A DNA stretch of 32,000 nt from NCBI GenBank assembly GCA_021650915.1, contig CP091279.1, positions 300,001-332,000 on the forward strand, read 5' to 3'. Positions 24,891 to 32,000 of the stretch are shown one piece after another (position 1 is the stretch's first letter; each line of letters starts with the position of its first letter). Below the pieces are notes generated by a model. That model was not told the DNA's origin. It made no database searches and saw nothing but the letters and a program-made list of their open reading frames with translations. The stretch is from Candidatus Brocadia sp. Lineage in GTDB: Bacteria; Planctomycetota; Brocadiia; Brocadiales; Brocadiaceae. The position numbers and the translations under genes are program-made.

Positions 24891-25400
24891 ATGGAAGTTA
24901 AGCAAACTAAACTTACAGGAGTTTTGACGATTAAGCCCCCTACTATTTTTGAAGATTTCAGGGGAACGTATGTTGAATTGTACAATGAACAGCTTTACAT
25001 AAATGCCGGAATAAAAGTAAAATTTATCCAGGATGATATTTCTATTTCCTCAAAGCATGTCTTACGCGGTATTCACGGTGACAAGGAAACATGGAAATTA
25101 ATTTCCTGTTTATATGGCAAATTTTATTTAGTCGTGGTTAATTGGGACAAGAATTCCCTCCAGTATTGCCAGTGGGAATCCTTCACCTTATCAGAAAAAA
25201 ATTGTATTCAAGTCTTAGTGCCTCCAAATTTTGGCATTGGCCATCTGGTTTTAAGTGAACAGGCGATATTTAGCTACAAACAAAGCACCTACTATAATCG
25301 TGCCAATCAATTTACCCTCGTGTGGAATGACCAGAAACTTAATATATGGTGGCCAATTAATAATCCAATCTTATCACAAAGAGACTCAGGGATTGGTTAA
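24891..25400 (+). CDS. RmlC-type cupin NDP-4-keto-sugar 3,5-epimerase
   Basis: TKLTGVLTIKPPTIFEDFRGTYVELYN...LRGIHG...KLISCLYGKFYLVVVN...LVPPNFGIGHLVLSE follows the dTDP-4-dehydrorhamnose 3,5-epimerase pattern (FxDxRG, RGLH, cupin core). About 170 aa. Confidence 0.8.
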   Translation: MEVKQTKLTGVLTIKPPTIFEDFRGTYVELYNEQLYINAGIKVKFIQDDISISSKHVLRGIHGDKETWKLISCLYGKFYLVVVNWDKNSLQYCQWESFTLSEKNCIQVLVPPNFGIGHLVLSEQAIFSYKQSTYYNRANQFTLVWNDQKLNIWWPINNPILSQRDSGIG

Positions 25401-25440
25401 TGCCTCTCCTGGAATGAAGCATCATTAAGGAGTCCTGGTA

Positions 25441-28400
25441 ATGTCTGTGTCTGTTAAAAACCGTGCCAGCCTGAGAGTTTTATATATTCCTTTAGAGTTT
25501 AAAACGTGGCAAAATGCAAGCCACCTTCCTTACTCTGGGAATTATGGTTTTGAAGAAGGGTTCACTGCTAACGGGATGGAATATCTGACGATTCCAGCCT
25601 TTTATGAAACGACATCTTCCGAACAGATATCATGGCTGAACCATGCACGTGAGCTTTGTGCAGGAAAAAATTTTGATCATGTTTGGCTTGAGATCGTTCA
25701 TAGTAGATTTGATGAAAGTTTTCTGGACTGGATTGCGACAATAGCTCCGGTTCGCATTGGCTTTGTCTGGGAAAGCTGTGAAATGCACCCTGACGAAATT
25801 GTAAATAATCCCGAAGGTGTCAAAAGACGACAAGCTAATCTCGAAAGGAATTTTAAATTTGTAACGCATGTCGTTGCTATTGACGAAAAAGATGTGGAAA
25901 ATTTTAACACCCATAACTTGGTAAAAACCAAATGGTTATGGGATGCCGGAATAATGCCTGAACGTTTCATCTGCAAGGAACTTCCGTCAACGCCCGCGCC
26001 CAATAATTGTGCAGTTTTTTATGGGTCTCTCTATGGTGAAAGGAAAAAATGGCTGGAACATAGCGCCTTGAAGGGTTTACTGGTCCGCCCGGTGGCTTCT
26101 CCAGAATATAGCACCAATCTGCCTGGTCTTTTTGATAAATTGAATGCTACTTCTGATGCATTTTTAAAAGAAGAGCAGGCCTCTACCGAAGAGTTCTTTT
26201 CTACTTATATAGACTCTTTGCGTGTCATTCGCAGGGAATGCTTTGCCCTTTGGCTGAGTGGACTGAGTATGGGGGTTGCGATTGTGAATTTACCGCAATT
26301 TGGTAAGGGTTATGCAAGCCGTGTACTTGAAGGGATGGCCGCGGGACGTCCGGTTATAAGCTATGAAATCCCAGACCGGCCAAGAACCAAAGCTCTCTTT
26401 GAGGATGGGAAAGAAATTTTGTTGTACAAAGGAGATGATCCTTATCAGTTGGCGGAACATATACAACGGATTTTGCGTGAGCCGGACTTTGCCAGGAGGA
26501 TCTCAGCGAATGCCAGAAGCAAAATAATGAGTTTTCATACCACGGAAAGATTGGTTAGCCAGATACTTGACTGGGTTGAAAATCGGGAAATAAATTCTTC
26601 TTTAATGGCTCATCCTTTACAAGGTAATCAAACACAGCCTGGCAACAAGATGCTGTTGACGCGAAATTTTTATGGTCCGGGAGATATCGTATTTGATGTT
26701 GGAGCAAATGTCGGCGACAAGACTCATATGTTTTTAGAGAGTGGCGCAAAGGTAATATGTTTTGAACCTCAATCTGATTGCACAACGATATTGCAGAAGA
26801 AGTACGGCAATGACAAAAGAGTAGTAATTGTTGAAAAAGGCTTGGCTGATAAAAATGGAAAAAGGCTACTTTCTGTATGCTCACAGGCTAACACAATCTC
26901 CACTTTTTCAGATGACTGGAAAAAGGGAAGATTTGCTGACTATACATGGGATAAATCTGACGTGGTAGAAGTTATTACTCTTGATGATGCTATTCATACT
27001 TATGGATTCCCTCAATACGTCAAGATTGATGTAGAAGGATTTGAATATCAGGTTCTGTGTGGTTTATCTAAACCAGTTCCATATTTATCATTTGAATTTA
27101 CAATTGAATTTCTTGATCGTGCAAAGCAGTGCATGTCTCATTTGGAGAGACTCGGTTACGAATTCTTTAATTTTTCCGAAAAAGAAATACCTCAACTGGT
27201 TCTTTCCGAATGGGTTTCCTCAAAAACTCTTTTTAAAAAATTGGAACGTTTGACAGATCAGTTATATTGGGGTGACATTTACGCAAAGTACGATACGTTA
27301 TCTCCGAATAATAAAAAAAATTTTACTCATGAAATTAAACACATTCTTCCTGATAAATCAGCAGTAGCAGCAAATATAAGAAATACGATTTCAACTGTTA
27401 ATACCAATATTCTCAAACAACTCTATATTACAGGTCTTTGGGGTGACAATCAGCCGCTTCGCCTTCACCTTGGTTGCGGAGAACAGCGCCTCGATGGCTA
27501 TGTAAATATTGATTATCCACCAAGCGAGCATAATGTCATGCAGGTGAAAGCGGATGTTTATGCGAACATTATGGAATTAGATTTTCCTGCAGGGTCTGTA
27601 GACGAGATCAGGTCGCACCATGTCTTTGAGCACTTTAATCGTGTTACAGCCCTGGCGATGCTTATCAAATGGCACCATTGGCTAAAGGTCGGCGGAAAAC
27701 TGCATATTGAGACGCCTGATCTCGTTGGTAGTGCAAAGACGTTGTTGGGCGATTACTCCTGGAAGACAAAAATGGGGGCAGTTCGGCATATAGCCGGGGA
27801 TCAGTCTTCCGGTTGGTCATATCATATTGATCACTGGTTTCCCGAAAGATTTGAACACACTTTGAATAATCTGGGATTTCGGCCTGTACAAACCCAGTCA
27901 ACATCCTGGCCACACGATCCATTTTTGTCAAACGTTACCGCTATTGCTGTAAAATCGCACAATGTCTCTTTGTCAGAGCAGGTAAAGGCCGCTGATGAAT
28001 TGTTGTGGGAAAGTACTGTTGCATCCACTGAGCAACCAACCTATGAAGTCTGGAAGCAACAGCTTCGTTCTCTTTTGTCAGACAAATCCGAAATGGCATC
28101 ACAGGTGCCTTTGGGTTCTCAGTTAGAACAGGTCGCTCACGTCTTTCAGCAATCCAAGTCAGAGCAATCAATTCAGGAAATACACGACTTTAACCAGAGA
28201 GAGCGCGACAGATGGGTTCAACTGAAGGCGGTGACCGTGCCTGCAGGTTCACGAGTGTTAGATATCGGTGCGGGAACGTGTCCCTATCGTGCGCTATTTG
28301 CGCATGGTGATTACAAAACGCATGATTTCAAACGATACACGGGTGAGAAGCTTGGTGGAACAACGGAATACGGCAAGATTGATTATGAATCGGATATTTG

Positions 28401-29049
28401 CGCTATACCCGTACCGGACAACTCCTTTGACGTAATCGTCTGCACTGAAGTCCTGGAACATACTCCGGAACCAATCGAAGCGCTCCGGGAGATGTCGAGG
28501 ATCTTAAAGGAGGGCGGCAGACTGTTCCTGACCGCTCCGCTTGGGTCCGGACTGCATCAACTGCCGTATCACTATTATGGCGGGTTCACGCCGGAATGGT
28601 ACAAGCATTTTTGCAGTAAATTCGGTTTATATGTCTCCGAAATCTCACCAAACGGGGGGTTTTTCAAACTGCTTGCTCAGGAATGTGCACGTGTGGCCTG
28701 GACATTGCCTCAACACCAGCATCTGCATGGGAATAACGTGGAGTTGATCAAAAACCTGTTCGGTGAATGGATACCTCGCTATTTATTTGAGCTGGAAAAG
28801 AAACACGGTATTGACCAGTTCACCGTCGGCTATCACGTAGAAGCTGTGAAAGTCAGAGATATCGATACCGTTCAGAAATTGATTGAAAACGATCTCCAAA
28901 ATGTGAATCTCTATCTTGAAGCCGCACGATCTCTGTTGAATCAAGGTGAGTATTTACCTGCAAGAAGGTATGTAGAAGACGCATTGGAACTCAACCATAG
29001 CAATACCACGCTTATTGAGATGCATCAACAATTGGTGAATAAGCCATGA
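25441..29049 (+). CDS. 1202-aa fusion: GT-B-like glycosyltransferase + FkbM-type methyltransferase + two class I SAM methyltransferase domains + TPR-like tail
   Basis: The GT1-type C-lobe is ASRVLEGMAAGRPVISYEIPDRPRTKALFEDGKEILLY (~26320-26440). The FkbM domain is GDIVFDVGANVGDKTH...VKIDVEGFEYQVL (~26660-27200). The second methyltransferase is LRLHLGCGEQRLDGYVNIDY...HVFEHF...LKVGGKLHIETPD (~27457-27950). The third is RVLDIGAGTCPY...FDVIVCTEVLEHTPEPIEALREMSRILKEGGRLFLTAP (~28200-28700). The tail is LYLEAARSLLNQGEYLPARRYVEDALELN. AAGGAG Shine-Dalgarno. Single uninterrupted ORF. Confidence 0.75.
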   Translation: MSVSVKNRASLRVLYIPLEFKTWQNASHLPYSGNYGFEEGFTANGMEYLTIPAFYETTSSEQISWLNHARELCAGKNFDHVWLEIVHSRFDESFLDWIATIAPVRIGFVWESCEMHPDEIVNNPEGVKRRQANLERNFKFVTHVVAIDEKDVENFNTHNLVKTKWLWDAGIMPERFICKELPSTPAPNNCAVFYGSLYGERKKWLEHSALKGLLVRPVASPEYSTNLPGLFDKLNATSDAFLKEEQASTEEFFSTYIDSLRVIRRECFALWLSGLSMGVAIVNLPQFGKGYASRVLEGMAAGRPVISYEIPDRPRTKALFEDGKEILLYKGDDPYQLAEHIQRILREPDFARRISANARSKIMSFHTTERLVSQILDWVENREINSSLMAHPLQGNQTQPGNKMLLTRNFYGPGDIVFDVGANVGDKTHMFLESGAKVICFEPQSDCTTILQKKYGNDKRVVIVEKGLADKNGKRLLSVCSQANTISTFSDDWKKGRFADYTWDKSDVVEVITLDDAIHTYGFPQYVKIDVEGFEYQVLCGLSKPVPYLSFEFTIEFLDRAKQCMSHLERLGYEFFNFSEKEIPQLVLSEWVSSKTLFKKLERLTDQLYWGDIYAKYDTLSPNNKKNFTHEIKHILPDKSAVAANIRNTISTVNTNILKQLYITGLWGDNQPLRLHLGCGEQRLDGYVNIDYPPSEHNVMQVKADVYANIMELDFPAGSVDEIRSHHVFEHFNRVTALAMLIKWHHWLKVGGKLHIETPDLVGSAKTLLGDYSWKTKMGAVRHIAGDQSSGWSYHIDHWFPERFEHTLNNLGFRPVQTQSTSWPHDPFLSNVTAIAVKSHNVSLSEQVKAADELLWESTVASTEQPTYEVWKQQLRSLLSDKSEMASQVPLGSQLEQVAHVFQQSKSEQSIQEIHDFNQRERDRWVQLKAVTVPAGSRVLDIGAGTCPYRALFAHGDYKTHDFKRYTGEKLGGTTEYGKIDYESDICAIPVPDNSFDVIVCTEVLEHTPEPIEALREMSRILKEGGRLFLTAPLGSGLHQLPYHYYGGFTPEWYKHFCSKFGLYVSEISPNGGFFKLLAQECARVAWTLPQHQHLHGNNVELIKNLFGEWIPRYLFELEKKHGIDQFTVGYHVEAVKVRDIDTVQKLIENDLQNVNLYLEAARSLLNQGEYLPARRYVEDALELNHSNTTLIEMHQQLVNKP

Positions 29050-32000
29050 AGACAAAGTTACTGTATGTTGGAATGCAATATGATTACGGCGATAAAACGA
29101 GAGGTTTTTCGTTTGAACACCGGAATTTTTACCATCCACTCAAGAGCTATTGCAAGAAGCACGATTGGGATTTTATACACTTCGATTTTATGGAGCAGGG
29201 ACTCAACGATGGTCTGGACGTGATGACACAGGGTCTCTATGAATTGGCAAAAAAAGAAATACCCGCCATTTTATTCGCCGTATTATTCGATTTTCACCGT
29301 GATCCACGATATGAGGTATTTAGGCAAATAGCATCATTAGGCACGACAACCATTCACTGGTTTTGTGACGATCACTGGCGGTTTGAGAAGTACAGCTCCG
29401 TAGTTGCCCCCCATTTTGACATCATTTGTACAACGGCGAATGACTCCCTCCCAAAGTATCACGCTATGGGAATATCCCCTAAAGTCATAAAAACTCAGTG
29501 GGCATGCAACCATGAATTGTATATTCCTTACGACATCCAAAAAGATGTAGAGATCAGTTTTGTAGGACAACCTCATGGTAATCGTGTAGAAGCATTAGCA
29601 AAATTACTGCAAAACGGATTCAAGCTGGAGGTCTTTGGTTTTGGATGGGAAAACCGGCCACGCATCCCTTTTCATCAAATGGTAAGGCTGTTTTCACGGA
29701 GTAAAATTAATCTCAATTTATCAAATTCATCAACGTTAATCGGGCAGCAGATTAAGGGAAGAAATTTTGAGATTCCGGGAACAAGAAGTTTTCAATTATC
29801 CAGCAATGCTGACAATCTCTCTGAGTACTACGAAGCGGGAAAAGAGATCATAATATTCAATTCAGTGGATGAATTAATTGAAAAGGCTACATACTACTTT
29901 AAACATGACGATGAAAGAAACGAGATAGCAAATAACGGGTACCAGCGAACCATGGCTGAACATACCTGGCAACATCGTTTTGAAAAAATATTCAATGCTA
30001 TCACTGCAAGGCAGCATAACCCAGGCATACCCGTGAAACATGTTTCTCGCTCGGATAGCATCGGGAAACAGATGGACGCACGGCAGGTGGCTGAGCCACT
30101 GGTCTCGGTAATAATTCCCTGTTACAACCAGTCAAATTATTTGTCAGAGGCAGTTGAAAGTGTGGTTCATCAAGGCTATAAGAACTGGGAGTGCATTATT
30201 GTTAATGATGGCAGCCCGGACGATGCAGCCTGCGTTGCTGAATTGTTGATTCAGAAATATCCGGACAAACGAATCCGGCTCGTGAATCAGGTGAACCAGG
30301 GCTTGTCCTCTGCGCGGAACGCAGGAATCAAGGCAGCAAACGGTGAATATATCCTTCCCCTTGATGCGGATGATCTCATCCATCAGGACATGTTGCAAAA
30401 GACAGTATCCTTATTAGCATCTCATCCGGAGATAGCAATTGCCTATACGGATGTAAGGCATTTTGGCGGTGCGGAACGAATTGTCTGTGCAGGAGAATAT
30501 GATTTTAAACGATTATGTTTTCAAAATCATCTCAATTGTTGCTCACTGTACCGGCGTAAAGCCTGGGAGGCTGCAGGGGGGTATAATCCCAACATGACGT
30601 GGGGGTACGAGGACTGGGATTTCTGGATATCCTGCGGAGAAAAAGGATATTATGGAAAGAGAATACCTGAGCCATTGTTTCTCTATCGGGTGAAAGAGAC
30701 CAGTATGTATACAAAGGCCATTGAACATCATCGTGAGTTAATGGCTCAAATTATTGTCAACCACCCAAACCTTTATGACCCGAAATCCCTTTCAGAGGCA
30801 AAAAGAATATTGGCTCCAGGGTGTACGGTTCCATTAAAAACCAAGCCCCTTGTTTCTGTTGTTGTGCCAACATATAACAGGCCAGACACCCTGAAAACTA
30901 CCTTGGAAAGCATCGCTTCGCAGACGTACAAACATATCGAGGCAGTTGTGGTGAACGACGCAGGAGAAGACGTATCAACGGTTGTCGATCTTTTTCGTGA
31001 CCGGTTGCGTATTCAATATCTTGTTCACCCTGAGAATAAAGGGCTTGCAGCAGCAAGGAATACCGCTATCAGGCATGCTTCGGGTGAATATATTGCTTAC
31101 CTCGATGACGACGATATGTTTTATCAGGATCATATAGAAACCCTGGTAACGTATCTGGAAACGAGCGGTGATAAAGTAGCCTATACGGATGCATACCGCG
31201 TATGTCAGGAAAAAGAAGGCGGAAGGTATGCCATAAAACAAAAAGACGTTCCGTACTCCTTTGATTTCGATGCAGACCTCATTCTGGCACAAAACCTCTT
31301 TCCTGTCCTCTGCGTTATGCATCGAAAATCATGTCTGGATGAAGTAGGGCTTTTTGATGAGTCGCTCACCACCCATGAAGACTGGGATTTGTGGATTCGC
31401 ATATCCAGAAACTATCATTTTACCCATATAAAAAAGATCACCGGTGAGTTTACATGGAGGACAGATAGCGCCAGCATGTCGGGTGCAAGGCAAGCTGATT
31501 TTCTGAGGACAATGGGCATTATCTATGAAAAATACAAGAGCTATTTGCGAGACAAACAGCGGATTTTAGATTTGCAAACTGCATGGATTCAGCATCTTCA
31601 AAAGGTATCTATCATCATACCCGTTTTTAACAAGGTTGAATTCACCAAAAAATGCTGTGAGGCCTTGGTCAAAAATACACCACGAGGCCTGTACGAACTT
31701 ATTATTGTTGATAACGCATCAACAGATGATACCAGCGCTTTCCTGAAGGGGCTAAAAGGTGATGTTAAAATAATAACAAACGAAAAGAACCTGGGTTTTT
31801 CCAGGGCATGTAATCAGGGGGCACGGCTGGCCGCCACCAATTACCTCCTGTTCTTAAACAATGATACCGAACCGATGAAAGGGTGGTTGGAACCGCTCCT
31901 GCATATTCTTACCCAGGATAGCTCTGCAGGCGCTGTGGGCAGTAAACTTTTATTTCCGGACGGCACCATCCAGCATGCCGGGGTGGTAATTATCGATGAT
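29046..32000 (+). CDS. Multi-glycosyltransferase fusion (CgeB-like GT-B + three GT2 domains), 3' end beyond the window
   Basis: This gene is absent from the ORF track because it has no stop in the window. I translated the frame and found it open from ATG 29046 (ATGA overlap with the upstream stop) to nt 32000, giving 985 codons. The CgeB/Glyco_trans_1_2-like part is SKINLNLSNSS...IKGRNFEIPGTRSFQLS...NNGYQRTMAEHTW (~29046-30010). GT2 domain 1 is VSVIIPCYNQSNYL...NDGSPDD...LDADD (~30098-30720). GT2 domain 2 is VSVVVPTYNRPDTL...VNDAGED...LDDDD (~30849-31500). GT2 domain 3 is VSIIIPVFNKVEF...VDNASTDDT...FLNNDT (~31605 onward). Confidence 0.8.
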   Translation, partial: MKTKLLYVGMQYDYGDKTRGFSFEHRNFYHPLKSYCKKHDWDFIHFDFMEQGLNDGLDVMTQGLYELAKKEIPAILFAVLFDFHRDPRYEVFRQIASLGTTTIHWFCDDHWRFEKYSSVVAPHFDIICTTANDSLPKYHAMGISPKVIKTQWACNHELYIPYDIQKDVEISFVGQPHGNRVEALAKLLQNGFKLEVFGFGWENRPRIPFHQMVRLFSRSKINLNLSNSSTLIGQQIKGRNFEIPGTRSFQLSSNADNLSEYYEAGKEIIIFNSVDELIEKATYYFKHDDERNEIANNGYQRTMAEHTWQHRFEKIFNAITARQHNPGIPVKHVSRSDSIGKQMDARQVAEPLVSVIIPCYNQSNYLSEAVESVVHQGYKNWECIIVNDGSPDDAACVAELLIQKYPDKRIRLVNQVNQGLSSARNAGIKAANGEYILPLDADDLIHQDMLQKTVSLLASHPEIAIAYTDVRHFGGAERIVCAGEYDFKRLCFQNHLNCCSLYRRKAWEAAGGYNPNMTWGYEDWDFWISCGEKGYYGKRIPEPLFLYRVKETSMYTKAIEHHRELMAQIIVNHPNLYDPKSLSEAKRILAPGCTVPLKTKPLVSVVVPTYNRPDTLKTTLESIASQTYKHIEAVVVNDAGEDVSTVVDLFRDRLRIQYLVHPENKGLAAARNTAIRHASGEYIAYLDDDDMFYQDHIETLVTYLETSGDKVAYTDAYRVCQEKEGGRYAIKQKDVPYSFDFDADLILAQNLFPVLCVMHRKSCLDEVGLFDESLTTHEDWDLWIRISRNYHFTHIKKITGEFTWRTDSASMSGARQADFLRTMGIIYEKYKSYLRDKQRILDLQTAWIQHLQKVSIIIPVFNKVEFTKKCCEALVKNTPRGLYELIIVDNASTDDTSAFLKGLKGDVKIITNEKNLGFSRACNQGARLAATNYLLFLNNDTEPMKGWLEPLLHILTQDSSAGAVGSKLLFPDGTIQHAGVVIIDD

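Overview
All roughly 30 supportable genes in this window lie on the + strand. The DNA is AT-leaning, about 40% G+C by eye (not computed). The window has three parts.

(1) nt 1-620: the 3' part of an IS1634/IS4-type transposase, cut by the window edge, followed by a clean intrinsic terminator.

(2) nt 0.8-16 kb: a flagellar hook, rod, ring and junction locus arranged as fliK-flgD-flgE | flgF-flgG-flgA-flgH-flgI-flgJ(rod-binding domain only)-flgN-flgK-flgL | fliW-csrA-TPR. Each of the three blocks is preceded by a near-identical sigma54 -24/-12 promoter (TGGYAY-N5-TTGCT) lying 52-57 nt before its start codon. The presence of flgH and flgI implies a diderm host. No flagellin gene is present, although the order flgK-flgL-fliW-csrA is the one that precedes hag in Bacillus subtilis.

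(3) nt 16.3-32 kb: a co-directional glycan island.
- It begins with an extended SDR epimerase/dehydratase, an HddC-like nucleotidyltransferase, an HddA-like GHMP sugar kinase and a split transketolase.
- A 154-bp nested palindrome then fills one whole spacer.
- Next come a GDP-fucose-synthase-like reductase, an aldo/keto reductase, a TylF-type O-methyltransferase, a second class I methyltransferase and an RmlC-type cupin epimerase.
- It ends with two giant fusion proteins. One is 1202 aa (GT-B-like + FkbM methyltransferase + two class I methyltransferase domains + TPR-like tail). The other is open-ended at >=985 aa (CgeB-like GT-B + three GT2 domains) and runs off the window.

The most promising candidate for an undescribed system is this methylation-heavy, megaenzyme-based glycan pathway attached to the FliW-CsrA module. 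It could be a flagellin or surface-protein glycosylation system making O-methylated heptose-type or deoxy sugars.

No tRNA, rRNA or CRISPR array was seen. All family assignments come from motif recognition by eye, and no database search was possible. The taxon cannot be established. The content would fit, for example, an anammox planctomycete, but that is a guess.
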